The notes beneath the pieces were generated by a model that was not told the DNA's origin, ran no database searches, and saw only the letters and a program-made list of their open reading frames with translations. Positions 1 through 12,551 of a stretch of DNA of 64,000 nt are shown here, piece after piece. The stretch's first letter is position 1; every line of letters starts with the position of its first letter. This DNA comes from Octopus sinensis (lineage: Eukaryota). The stretch lies in the NCBI RefSeq assembly GCF_006345805.1, contig NC_043002.1, positions 71,238,001 through 71,302,000 of the forward strand. The letters run 5' to 3'. Made by a program: the position numbers and the translations under genes.

Positions 1-934
1 GTATAATGACATATTTCGTTTGTGTATGTTCCTATATGTGGCTGTGTCTGTGTGCATTCGAATTACGTGTGGTACCGAACAGTTTCCATTTGGTGTATTT
101 TATTTGCCAAATGACCAGAGTTTACGGCAGAAAATATTTGCTTAAATGCCGCACAGGGCAATTGACAAATAAAATTACATGGCTCTAAAATAACTTGCTT
201 ACCACAGTGCCACTTCTGTTGACATGTGCATTGTTGTCTGTACGTTCATTTAATAATTCTTTAACATTGTATAGTGGGAGTATAATTAAGAGTCTGTACC
301 GTTAGTTTATTATTCATAATTTAATGCAATTCCTACTTTACATATGCATCAACTTCTGTAAATATTTTGCTTTATCCTCAAGAGAATATGAAAAACAAAA
401 CGCTGTAGAAAGTTTGCAAATTTTACATCAGTTATTTAACGTTTAGACATAACTTAGATACAACTACAATTCAAGTTATACGTCAGCCATTAATTATTAA
501 TTTGGTTAATGTAGTAATCGGTAAAAATAGTTACTCAATTTCGCAAAAGTAATGTTTATTTTCCATATACAGCATTCTATTTTTAAAGCTATACGTTCTT
601 ACAAACTAATGTAACTATTGTTTGCTGCTTAAACGAATAAGCTGTCTGTTCTATTCTGTGCTGTAATGAAAAGTTGAATATGAACACAGTTGAATATAAC
701 GATTAACCCTTTGATAGGGAAGGTCTGTAAGCATTAGTTCGGAAATGAAATTTGCTTGAGAGTTACAAGCTCAGATCCAAAACGTTTTTAAGAACAGTCT
801 TACCGTTTTTTTAAAATTATTTATATGTTTTTTCTTTGTTTTTTAAGGAGAAACCTAGCTTCAAGCTACTTTTTTCAGGTCAATTTTTACGCACCCTTCT
901 AAACCTCAGAAAAATAAGAAACTTAGAAAACGTA

Positions 935-2184
935 CATTGGTTTCGGCCATTATCGGCCCAAGCCAATAGCACCACCAGGAAAAGTCTTTTAATTAATTAT
1001 TTCGGGACACTATAGACCACTCAAACAGAGAGTTGTTTTTGGTTGAGACATATCCAGGTGGTAGGTGGTTTATCCGGTATTTCCTGGAAGAATTTGTCCA
1101 GGCACCGTTTGAAAGTTGTGGGGTCTTTTTGTATTTTAATTTCTTTCAGTATAACATTGAAAAGAGCATGACCATTTGCAGTGAAGAGATTGTGTCCCAA
1201 TGTTCTTAGGTGATGTGATCTCGACCTTTGTAGGGGACGCCTTGCACGGAGGTTTAGTCTTGGATGGATTGTAAACATAATACCGATATCATTTGGATAA
1301 TATTGATGGAATATTTTCCATATGATGCATATAACGTATCGCTCACGACGGTGTTGCAAAGAATTGAGTTTCAGCTGTTTAAGTCGAGCCCAATAATCAA
1401 GTCCTGTCATACCATTTATTTTTTTAGTGATTAACCTTTATGGCACTTCGATCCTCATTATGCCTTTTTTTTTGTAGGGAAACCATAATGGGCAGCATAT
1501 ATAGCGAATGTGGAAAAGAGAAGGATGATGGTTTCATGATCTCTAGATTGAAAAGTTCTAAGGATTCATGAGCATATTCTGTTGACAACATCGACTTTTT
1601 TGTTGATGTACACACTCCAGCTAGGACTGTTGTTGACAATTACACCTGAGTCTCAGATATTATCCGACGGTTCAAATAGGTCTCCCGACGGTAGTGTATA
1701 TGGTTATTTGAGTGTGCCCTCTTTTCCAAAGTGGATGAGCTCAAATTTTTCTACGTTCAACTGCATGTTGTTTCTTTTATACCCACTGGGTTACTGCGCA
1801 TATGTCCGATTGAAGCATCATTGGACCATATGCTCACTTAATGACTTTCTTAAGCTTAGAGTCATCTGCAAATATTTTAATGGTACTATATTCAATGGAA
1901 TCTGCAATGTCAGTGATATAGACAATAAAAAGAAGTGGACCCAGCAGTGTACCCCGCGAGACTCCGCTGATTACTTTTGCTGGGTTTAAGTGCATGCCAT
2001 CCACCGCAACATGCTGGGTCCTGTTTGTTAGGAAATACTTAATCCACTGAAGTAGCTTTCCACCAACTCCAGCGTTGGATAAATTCCTTAACGGCGTATT
2101 ATGGGATACAAGTATGGATGCAAAGTTTGATTTTGCAGTCCTCAAACATTTTAGGAGGTGCGCCTGCAACCCCTGTCCTTGCAC
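935..2184 (-). mobile_element. Decayed, 5'-truncated CR1/Jockey-group LINE (RT C-terminal half plus 3' end)
   Basis: ORF 1834..2184 has LLQWIKYFLTNRTQHVAVDG..SGVSRGTLLGPLLFIVYITDI..IKIFADDSKL (GVPQG and FADD RT motifs). ORF 1021..1410 has DYWARLKQLKLNSLQHRRERY, typical of the CR1-type post-RT region. Frameshifts are present. Confidence 0.88.
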
Positions 2185-2564
2185 CCATGGATGTAAGCGA
2201 ACAAAATATTTTCATTGGCTAGAATTAGCTTCAAAGAACAGTCAAAACAAGTTTCTTAATTTATGCCTTGAGAAATACATAAGAACCACAATCACATATA
2301 GTATTTTCGGTTAAAATATACAGTAGGTTTTGGTACAGTAAAATGAATCCAGTATCACGAGACTGTCGTCAGTGTTATAGGCAAGTAGGAATATGTTTAA
2401 TGAAACATGCCTAGGCCTTGGTTTCGATCACATGCTGGAATAACTTTCATGACTCTAATGTTATTTGTAAAAACTTATATATATTACAGTGAATTATTTA
2501 ACCTATAAAAATGGAAGTACAATGCTTCAACTATTCAAACTGTCTGTTTATAACGATCGCTTAA

Positions 2565-2959
2565 TCTTTATATATGAAGCTGAAGTTGTCTGTGTGTGGC
2601 AGGTTTGGTAGCCTTCAACTAACACTATCGCCTCCGAGACCCTGCGGCGTAAGTCGACCAAAATTGAGAGTATAATAGAGGAAGGCTTGCACTTCCTTCC
2701 GTAGAAGGAAAAATGAAATCGGAACATGTTAAGACCGAAAATTATTTACATCAAAACGGTGCTTTTTTTCTATGAAAATCCCTATTTTGTACGAATTTTT
2801 GACTGCTGTGTTGCTACTTTTCAGTGTATTTCAACCAGAAAAATGTTCACTTAAAGATTATAACAAGCTACATAATGCAAAAGTTTTACTTTTCAAAAAT
2901 TCCAATCCGAAAGGGTCGAAAAGAAAACAAACCCGGGAAACGCCGGACTATACTGCTAG
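2565..2959 (+). mobile_element. Non-autonomous Helitron (395 bp)
   Basis: 5' A|TCTTTATATATGAAGCTGAAG; 3' CCGG-gaaacg-CCGG hairpin followed by CTAG|T; no TSD. Homologous to 25332-26090. Confidence 0.8.
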
Positions 2960-3598
2960 TAATACATAATGGGAACTTTTCTACTGAAAAGTTACTGAGC
3001 TTGTGTAAGTCTTTTTTGCCTTTTTCTTGAATATTACCAACAACGTCAGCTGGCATCAACCGAAAATCGAAAGCACTTTATGTTCCTCACCTCTTACTAA
3101 ATATTCTGCAGATAATAAATCATGATTCCTTACAGAATACAGTGAACATATTTGCTTATACTTTTCAGTGAGTGTATTTGATACCATTACATGAAATATA
3201 ACTTTAAATTCAGCGAATTTGAAATGCAGCTTATATATTCTTTTTTTTACTTCTGATCATGAAAGAGGTTTCAGAAATCCGATTATAGTTTAAACTAAAC
3301 CAAAGTTAAATCAGCGTAATAAATCTCCAATAATATTCTAAAATAATACCATACGATTTTTTTTTATATGTAATGATAGGTATATTTTATTAGACAAATC
3401 TGATATTGTTGTAGATGTCAGTGGTTGTTATTTGGCATTTGAGCAAGTGACTTTAAAATGACAAGCGTATTTACGAACGTATGGATTTTCTTTTGTCTCT
3501 CTGTGCTTCAGAAAATATTCAAATTTGAATACAAATATACACACATATACAATGATTTAACATATACACAGACAAATATAAATCTACGTATATGAATT

Positions 3599-3629
<31 letters not shown>

Positions 3630-4101
3630 GAAAATATGTATACGTAGGTATGTATGTATATCTATCTATACATATATATGTGTGTACGTGTGTACGTGTG
3701 TGAGCACGCGTGTGTATATTTGTATGTATGTATGTATATTTGTATGTATGTATGTATGTATACATAGATTCAATCCATATGAACAAGTTCTCTTTTATAG
3801 CTAAAATGATGTATAATTTTTCTGCTTTTCTTAATGTCTTAATATTCCTAAAAGTTTTTAGCTCAATTTTTTTTTCTTTTTATATTTCAACTAAAAATAA
3901 TATGCATATATCTACGAACCGTGTTAAAATAAATCTGGTTGTTAGTGGGATCGATAAAATAATTACGCCTCTGGTAAGCTGGTCGATGTTACCATTTATG
4001 TTTCGAAGTCTAAAAACTAGAAATAACATAAAGCAACACAATCCATAAAATCAAAAATAAATCCCATACAAGATACACGATTCTTTATATGATATGAATA
4101 T

Positions 4102-4151
<50 letters not shown>

Positions 4152-6321
4152 TTAAAATATATACTTTATTCAGTAAATTCAATGCAACTAATCCACCACT
4201 GTAAAACCAAAGCGAATACAAAAAAATCGATTACACATGTGACAAAGAATGCATGGTAAACTTCACGAAATATTTTCCCAGACGGCATTTAGATAGGTTC
4301 CATCCACTTAAACTCAAAGAGAGTAATGTTCTAAATGGTTTGATTCAAGTAGAATTTCACTGCGTATCAGTCACGCTCCACTAAAAGATAGCCCAAGAGA
4401 GCAGACAGTGTAGCTAAATGAAATCTATTAACAGACTGGTACAGCAATTGTTTTCTGTTGTCTACATCTATGAAATAAACAGCCTAATTATACACATATT
4501 TCTGACTTTCTCATACAAAAGGATAAAAACAGCTAGAAAAAGTTTTGTTCTACTTCAAAGAACACAACTGAAAAACTTTCTTTATATGATGCACGAAGTT
4601 ACAGATTGTACGAAGTTACAGATTAAAGAAGAGTTGTACCATATGGTCGTTATAATATATAGTTCCCATAAAATTGCTTTCTCAATCTAGCATATTAATT
4701 CATATCATTGGACAATAAACTGGGTTTTCAACTAGGAATACGGATATATGTATATATTTGCGTATATACGTGTGTGTGTGTGTGTATGTGTGCGTGTGTC
4801 TGCATGTGTGCATACGTGTATGTTTGCAAATATACCTGTACATGTGTTTCTGTGGGGGTGTCTTTGCATATATATGATGTGTGTGTGAGAGTTTGTATAC
4901 CTTTTATAAAACTACTAAAAGTGACTTCATTGCAGTTTAAATCTAAGTACTCAATACAATAAATAGAGTGAAGGAAGAAACTCGTTAGACACATCTTCAT
5001 AAACAAAAATGTGTAACTCTATTTATGGACGTAATTAAATATTTGTGTGTGTGGACGCGTACCTAATGAGTTTGTATTTCTGTAAACTAATATAAATACA
5101 TAGATATAATTAGCGGGTTATGGATCAATGTATTTGTAATGGGCAATCTCACCTGCCTAAAAGATGGCTAATCTTATGCTCTATTGATCCTGCATTATGT
5201 TTATGGCTAAAAATACTTAACTTTCTAAGGTTCAGTACACAAGTGTGTAAGTAGAGACAGCTCAATTCTACGTCACTGCAATGCTGTAAAACGGCTGACT
5301 GTGTAGCCTCTGTCTTCTAAACTAGAAACATTTTCATTGATTTCAGTGTCAGAAGTCACCAACAGAAACAATAAAATCCTAATTAATATCACGACTGCAC
5401 AATCATCAATTGTCTCGAATTCCAGTCCTTAGTTTGATTTTACCGAAATAGAAGTTTATGGTCTAAAGCAGTTTATGTTGTAATATATAGTTTAAATGGA
5501 AAGCAATCATAGTTGTTGTGTGGCTTGCATTGGTTATTTCAATTTCTTGCAGATGTGGAAGCCTCTACGTAGTGACACGGACTACTGTAACAAATAACCT
5601 AATCTCAACCAAATCTTAGATAACTGCGTTAAAATAAACAAAATGTGTATGAATTATGTTCAGCTTCTGAACATTATTCTGACTGAAAAATAAAATGAGT
5701 AGGCCATAGTTGGATTGTCCTGGCACAATGTACTACTCGGCGATAAATGCTAGAAGACAGGGGCTAATTGACTTTGTCTTTCTTACACTGTTGGAGTGTA
5801 TTAAGATGCATTCATATGGTTTATATGAGTTATTATATAGTGCTTAGCAAGATGAATGATTATGGCATTCACCGCCATAAATATAGCAAACCTAACATGC
5901 GTGACACGATCACCCGGACATATCGATCTAAATACAAAGTCATACAAATACGAAGACACACGCACACACAAACACGTATATACACACACATATACACTCA
6001 AACACACACGCATGTGTATATATATATATATATATCAATTAGTTTGGATCACGTCGATTGTGATTATTAGCTCGGTAATTTCCAGTTTATAAGTGGGTGG
6101 TTGCAGGAACATCAATAAATATATTATATAACCAATTAATAATATTCCCATTTTATTGTTTCATTACAAGATTATGAACAATTATTTAATGATATCAAGT
6201 AAGTTTACTATTCCAATCACTTTCTATCACGTAGCAAATGAATTATGAATAAATTACTATACAATTGAAACATTTGTAACATGTATTGGACGGCTATTGC
6301 CCATTCATTTTATATCATGGT

Positions 6322-6508
<187 letters not shown>

Positions 6509-6532
6509 AATTTATCTGCAAATATAATATGT

Positions 6533-7803
6533 GACAATTATTCGGTAGCCATGATAAGACTCCGAGTTTCGGCTGATGAGGCGGAAACCCATGCTGCTAT
6601 CTCTTCAGTTATCGGGCCATCGAAAAAATGCTATGAAAATGACCGTTAAACAAAGGGAAATTACTGTGTGATTGACCGTTATTAAGACAAAAGAGCTATT
6701 AGAATGACCGCTAAGTAAGAGAAGGGAGTAAAGCTAATGGTGTAAAAATGTTCAAAGTATTCGCGTAAGCGCGCATGTCAATACATACACATGCCTGCCC
6801 GCACACCCACGTACATGCACCTATAAGTATATACTCATACATCCTCACTTGATACACACACATGTTAACCCACACATTCGCCAAAAACTATACATACATA
6901 CCCGCATACACGCTCGCACACACACGCACGTGCACAAAAAGGTTTCATACAAATGTTTATATACGCACATACCCGCACACACACAACCACACGCGCGCAT
7001 GAAATATTCTATATACACGTCTATATACGCACAGGAAAAATGCAGGGTGGAAGGTAGAATACAGAAAAAATGTGTGTGAAATATATATGAGCAATAAACC
7101 TATAAAACAATATCTCTATAAATGTGTAAAAATAAAGATATTAAAATTATATAAAAATATATATGAAATATAAGTAAAATGTATAGAGAGACAAAAAGCT
7201 TGTACGTGGACACTATATAGAAAGCAAGTTCTATCTGTAATCTCGAGTGGACAAAAATCGTAACAAATATTTAGCAACGCGTGGACATGTTCCGAAAAAT
7301 TCAGTTCTTGAATTTAGAAATGTGGCAGAGGTTTAAGTTGCTTTTAAAGATGAGCTATCTTTTTATATCACAAAGATCGCACTTTCCACTGCCATTGGCT
7401 AAGATCTTCCAGTAGACGTTATAACTGACACTTTTATCTTTTAAGAACCATATTTGACTAGATACTTTGCTCGTTTACCTTTTATCCCAGTGCCTGAAGC
7501 TCAAGGTGTGATTATTGAACCTACCCTTGAAATTACCGCCTTTAAGGCCGGCGTAGTTCTTCGTCGAAACCGTGTCCTTACTGGATATAGAGACCACGGT
7601 GGCTTCATAAATGATGGTCTCGTACATGCAAGCTCCATTTAGCGGGCACAAACCTTTATCCCTGCATGAACAGTTGGTTTCATATTGTGGTTTTTGTGTG
7701 TCCGAGACCATCATTTATGGTCTCTATATCCACTAAGGAGACGGTTTCGACGGTTTCGACAAATTATCCCTGCATGAACAGCTGGTTTCATATTGTGGTT
7801 TTT
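6533..7803 (-). mobile_element. Penelope-like element 3' fragment (decayed GIY-YIG endonuclease, 3' pLTR with hammerhead)
   Basis: ORF 7475..7714 reads CSCRDKGLCPLNGACMYETIIYEATV..NYAGLKGGNFKGRFNNHTLSFRH (GIY-YIG). A hammerhead motif lies at the 3' end, next to a microsatellite. Confidence 0.8.
6553..6613 (-). ncRNA. Minimal type-I hammerhead ribozyme (degenerate stem II)
   Basis: Minus strand reads gataa-CTGAAGA-g..c-GAAA-ctcgga-GTC-ttatc; stem I gataa/ttatc pairs perfectly. Confidence 0.65.
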
Positions 7804-8650
7804 CCTTATCGCATACCTTGTTGTCAGCTGGGCATGCTATATCTATGATCCAGCATAGTTTATTTCATTTCTCAATTAAGACTATGGCTGGCTTCCGATT
7901 CTTTATCTCATGGTCGCACTGAATCATAAAATCCCATAGCATCTTTGCATTTCTATCTTCGATGATGCCTTCGAGTTTGTGGTCGTACCAATTTTTTGCT
8001 CTGTCAAGTCCATACTTGTTACAAAGTGTCCAATGGACAAGCCTGGCTATATTGTCGTGGCGTCTCTTATATTCCTTCTGGGTTAGTGGTGTACGTTGGC
8101 TGGTAATATGCCATACTGCTTGACCGTTTTGTCCACAGATTCTGCACTTATCACTTTCTGATGTGCTTTCTATTCTGTATGTTATGTAGTTAGTTCTTAG
8201 TGATTGCCCTTGGGCAGCACAGATTAGAGCCTCCATTTCCGGATTTAAATCCCTTTTAGTCATCCACAGCCTTCTTTTTTCTTTGTCTATCTTATCTTCA
8301 ACATCCCTACGAAATTGACCATGCATTCTTTTCTTTACCCACATTTCTTGTATAGTGCTTTATCTTTGCATTCTTTCATCCTACACAAGCCTGCCCTTCC
8401 TAATTCTAATAATAGCGGTTCTGTGGCATCTTTTATGCTATGTTGTTTTCTTCTGCTCTAATGCTGTGTTTGCATCCCATAAATCCGCTTCCCCCTCTTT
8501 TTCTTGGTACATACAGTCTGACTGTGTCACGTTTTGGGTGGAGTTATACATATCTAGTTAGCAACTTCCTTGTCTTTCTTTCTAAATTGTTTAGCTCGTC
8601 TAATGTCCATGCAATTATCTATGTTCCATATCAAAGGAGTGAAACCACCC
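7800..8650 (-). mobile_element. R4/Dong-like non-LTR retrotransposon fragment (post-RT, CCHC, RLE start)
   Basis: ORF 7865..8344: MHGQF..EALICAAQGQSLRTNY..CRICG..HITS..YKRRHDNIARLVHW..LWDFMIQCDHEIKNRKPAIVLIEK. Flanked by (TTA)n. Confidence 0.88.
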
Positions 8651-8696
<46 letters not shown>

Positions 8697-9020
8697 GTTG
8701 TTGTGTTGTTGTTGTTGTTGTTGTTTTCTCTTTATAATACATTTTTCTGGAGCTCCTGGAGCCTTGCATGCGTAACGGGAATACTACCTACAGCCTATTG
8801 TAGCATGCTATCCGTTCTTTTCACCTATCTAATACTTTCCTGATTATTCTGGTCGTGCCGCCGAGGAGGCAAACATTTTGTAACAGTTCTACCAAGCACT
8901 CTATTCCAGTTTCCTTTGTATTCCTCTTGATGCCTTCTGATACTGCTTCCAAGGAGCCAACAATAATTAGCACTGCCTTCACCTTCTTCATTTGCCATAG
9001 ATTGTTATTGTTGTTCTTGT
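8651..9020 (-). mobile_element. R4/Dong-like 3' terminus with (AAC)n(AAT)n tail
   Basis: LWQMKKVKAVLIIVGSLEAV..VELLQNVCLLGGTTRIIRKVL (RLE C-terminus), then a short UTR and a trinucleotide tail at 8651-8725. Confidence 0.75.
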
Positions 9021-10211
9021 TATCACAAGCACTATTTGTACTGACATAGGGAATTACTGGAAACATGCAAATGCTTTCGTATATCATTATGTGAAACGCG
9101 GTTACAATGAATCACGATTAAAGGATATAGCAAATGAAATAGCTAAGTTTAAATCCCACATAATTTCACACATAATTTTAGCAAAGACAATAAAATAGAT
9201 GACAGAATTTCTTTAGTGATTAACTGGCACCGACATTTCGCTGGCATTTCAAATTACAGAGGAGAACTCGACAAAATAATTCTGAAATTGGAGGAAAACA
9301 ATTTCGTTAATTTACGTCTATTTAAAATACACAAAAAAATTCGAAAGATTTCCTCCAATGCGCCCAATTTGCAGCGGATATGAATTTTGCACGGCCAAAA
9401 TTTCGGAATGGCTGGGTGGCTTTCTACTCCCCGTCGCAAAACGATCAAGTTCCTATATTCGTGATACCTTTGATTTTGTGTCTAAATCAACAACTGTTTA
9501 AAGCACTGAGGCCGTATCGAGAACTGTTTTGTTGGTAACCATGGATGTTTCTTCCTTATATCCCAATATTGACCACAATGAAGGAGTAGAAGCATGCATA
9601 GATGCCTTCGAAAAGCGGTCAAACAAAAGTATTCCATCAAATTTTCTCTGTAGATTATTGAGGTTTGTGTTAGAAAATACCACATTGAAGTTTAGACAAC
9701 GATTTTGTCACCCGATGAAGGGCTGCGCCATGGGAACCCCTATGGCAATTAATTTCGTTAATGTTTTCATAACGAAATTCCAGAAACAGTTACAGAAGAC
9801 TGTCAAAATCCTTTCATTGTCATGAACCAATACTCTGGTTACGGTTCATTGATGACGTATCTTTTGCCTGGGTAGGATCACAAGATAGTTTAATGGAATT
9901 CTTGCATTTCTGTGATTGTTATGCTAGAAACTATGGCTTTAAGTCCAACATAAAATTTACGTCTAGTTTTTCAAAACCTAGCGTTGAATTAGAAATATTG
10001 AATTTCTAAATGTCTCAAAGAGACATGAGCGGTGGTGTAACGATAGAGTGGTTGTATAATGTCAAAATAACGTGACAATCCCCTAAAGGGAATTACACCA
10101 CCGCTATATAGCCCTAGGAAGCATCGACACTTCCTGTCGGCTTTGACATATTTCCTGTGTCCTTATATTTGCAAAGGGGAGGCAAGCACCCGCACCAGCT
10201 AGGACTAATAA

Positions 10212-10257
10212 CCTGAAGACATGCACGTTTCTGGGTCTTGCCCGTCATCGGTCCAGG
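10212..10257 (-). ncRNA. Minimal hammerhead ribozyme, core variant CCGATGA
   Basis: cctgga-CCGATGA-cgggcaagaccca-GAAA-cgtgcat-GTC-ttcagg. Confidence 0.6.
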
Positions 10258-10500
10258 GTAGCGAGGCCCGCTAGCAGAGATACCTGCCAAGCTTTTGCAG
10301 ATATATATATATTTACAGTGAAATTTATTCACTGGACACCGTAATTAGAAATATTGAATTTCTAAATGTCTCAAAGAGACATGAGCGATGGTGGAGCGAT
10401 AGAGTGGTTGTATAATGTCAACATAACGTGACAATCCCGTAAAGAGAATTACACCACCGCTATATACCCGGCAGGTATCTCCGCTATCGGGACTCGCTAC

Positions 10501-10546
10501 CCTGGACTGTTGACGGGCAAGACCCAGAAACATGCATGTCTTCAGG
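10501..10546 (+). ncRNA. Minimal hammerhead ribozyme, core variant CTGTTGA
   Basis: cctgga-CTGTTGA-cgggcaagaccca-GAAA-catgcat-GTC-ttcagg; palindromic stem III acatgcatgt. Confidence 0.65.
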
Positions 10547-12061
10547 TTGCTAGTCCTAGCTGGTGGGGGGTGCTTGCCTCCCCTTTGCAAATATAAGTAC
10601 ACAGGAAATGTGCCAAAGCCTACATGAAGCGTCGATGCTTCCTAGGGCTATATAGCGGTCGTGTAATTTTCTTTACAGGATTGTCACGTTATGTTGACAT
10701 TATACAACCACTCTAGCATTGAAGTTTTGGACACAAAAGCTTTCTGGAGGCAGAATAGTGAGAGAGTTATTTTGAAAGCCCACGTCATCCCACATTTATC
10801 TTCACCGCCGCTCCGATCATCCACATCATTTTATTCGATCAAATACGAAATCGCAATTTTTGAGGATAAAACGGATTTGTACTGACATAGGGGATTACTG
10901 GAAACATGCAAATGCTTTCGTATATCATTATGTGAAACGCGGTTACAGTGAATCACGATTAAAGGATATAGCAAATGAAATAGCTAAGATTAGGGAAGAT
11001 AGTCAAACATTCACACATAAGTTTAGCAAAGACAATAAAATAGATGACAGAATTTCTTTAGTGATTAACTGGCACCGACAGTTCGCTGGCATTTCAAAAG
11101 TGTTGCATGAACGTTACCAGCATATGGCGAAAACATATCCTCGTTTCAAATAGATATTTCATCAGCCGCCTATTGTAGCCTTTAGACGGAATCAGAATAT
11201 AAGAGAATTATTGACCTCTATTTCTGACTCCAAGAAAACGAACATTGGCGTATCTGCATGCTATACCTTAAAGAACAGCCGCAAGAGAGGTAAGTCCTGT
11301 TCATTGTGCAACAACATGAGTGAAGTGAATTCCATCAGAAATCATAACATTTCTGTTATGATTTATACAGAAGGCGGAACATGTAAAGATTCCCAATTAG
11401 TGTACGCTGCAGAATGTACGAAACACAACTTAATTTATGTTGGTTGTACAACAGAACAATTAAACAAAAGGTTTAATGGTCACAGATTCGACGTCAGGCA
11501 CAATAACAGTAGTTCGACAGAACTTGCTGAACATTTCGTTTTAAACGGCTGCAATTTTGAAGAAGACTTGAAAGTGCATATTCTCAAAAGATATTCTGAA
11601 CCTGCTTCACTTTCAATTCTCAGAATGTATGAGGAGAAATATGTTTGCAGGTTGCTAACATCACGCCCTGGAAGAATGAATAAAATGACAGGAGAATATC
11701 ATCAAATTTATACAAAACTGTTTAATTAAATATTCTTCTTTCTCTCTTTTTTCTTTCCTCTTTTTTTCCTGTCGTTTTCTTTTTTTGGTTCTTTTTTCAA
11801 TCTTTTTCTTTTCGGCTGTTATAAAATGAAGCTTAAAAACTGATGATGTCATTCCATCAACGTATGGACGCTGGTTGCTCTCGTTCATACTTTACGTTTA
11901 TATTTCTATAATTTTGAATTTTTATCACTTCTTATTTTGAACTTGACAAAGACAGACTCACTGTTGAAATATCGTTCAACTAATAAGATATCTTACAATC
12001 AAATCGCGCTTTTCGTCTTGGCTGTTTCCATTTGTGAAGAGTTACGTCAATCCTTTTTTAA

Positions 12062-12114
<53 letters not shown>

Positions 12115-12190
12115 TAGTTAATAAATTACAAGCCATAGACCTGGCAGTTTGCCGGTAAAGCGCGTTCACTGGCTCGGTGTTCGTTGGGTA

Positions 12191-12551
12191 TGTGATTAAT
12201 AAAAGAGACAGAAGATGGCAGATACGACAACCTTTATTGGCCACTACAATTGTCTCGACCCATCTAGCATCGATTCCTCGCGGGTAGGATATTATACAAC
12301 TGGCTTAGGTGTATCCCCCGGTGTAGATATGTCTCCTCAGGTGATTTGAAGTGGTATCTTGGGAAACAGTTTATTTTAACGAGATACTTCTTGAAATCGC
12401 CTGAGGAAACACATATACACCGAGCGATACACCTAAGCCAGTTGCATAGCATCCCACCTGAGAGGTGGGTCGATGCTAGATGGGTCTAAACAACTGTAAT
12501 AATAAATAAAATTCTTGTATCTTCCATCTGCCGTCTTCTTAATTAATCACA
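12191..12551. repeat. About 360-bp fold-back palindrome made of two head-to-head hammerhead-like units
   Basis: tgtgattaat...attaatcaca termini. The arms are complementary along their length (e.g. gacccatctagcatcga / tcgatgctagatgggtc; caactggcttaggtgtatc / gatacacctaagccagttg), with the centre near 12370. Confidence 0.9.

Larger units (their letters stand above)
9989..10712. mobile_element. Non-coding pLTR/retrozyme-like insertion with direct and inverted repeats
   Basis: 9987-10109 is repeated at 10343-10466; about 10045-10288 is inverted at about 10470-10715. Flanked by ctagcgttgaa / ctagcattgaa (putative TSD). Carries two hammerhead copies. Confidence 0.8.
9035..12060 (+). mobile_element. 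Penelope-like retroelement (RT plus GIY-YIG), pseudogenised and interrupted
   Basis: RT motifs LFKIHK..PPMRPICSG, LVTMDVSSLYPNIDH, GCAMGT, RFIDD, RIKRICTD. EN ORF 11211..11729 has CSLC..VYAAECTKHNLIYVGCT..LNKRFNGH..LAEHF..E..GRMN. 9035-9253 duplicates about 10876-11097. An insertion occupies 9989-10712. Confidence 0.92.

Noticed and set aside
6572-6590. Plus-strand hammerhead CTGATGAG-gcg-GAAAC
   Set aside because: Stem II is too short and there is no stem I/III; the minus-strand reading is better supported.
11730-11900. SECIS / selenoprotein (Naiad-type) Penelope, or a hammerhead at CTGATGA near 11840
   Set aside because: The visible in-frame stop before the EN is TAG, there is no convincing SECIS stem, and no GAAA follows the CTGATGA.
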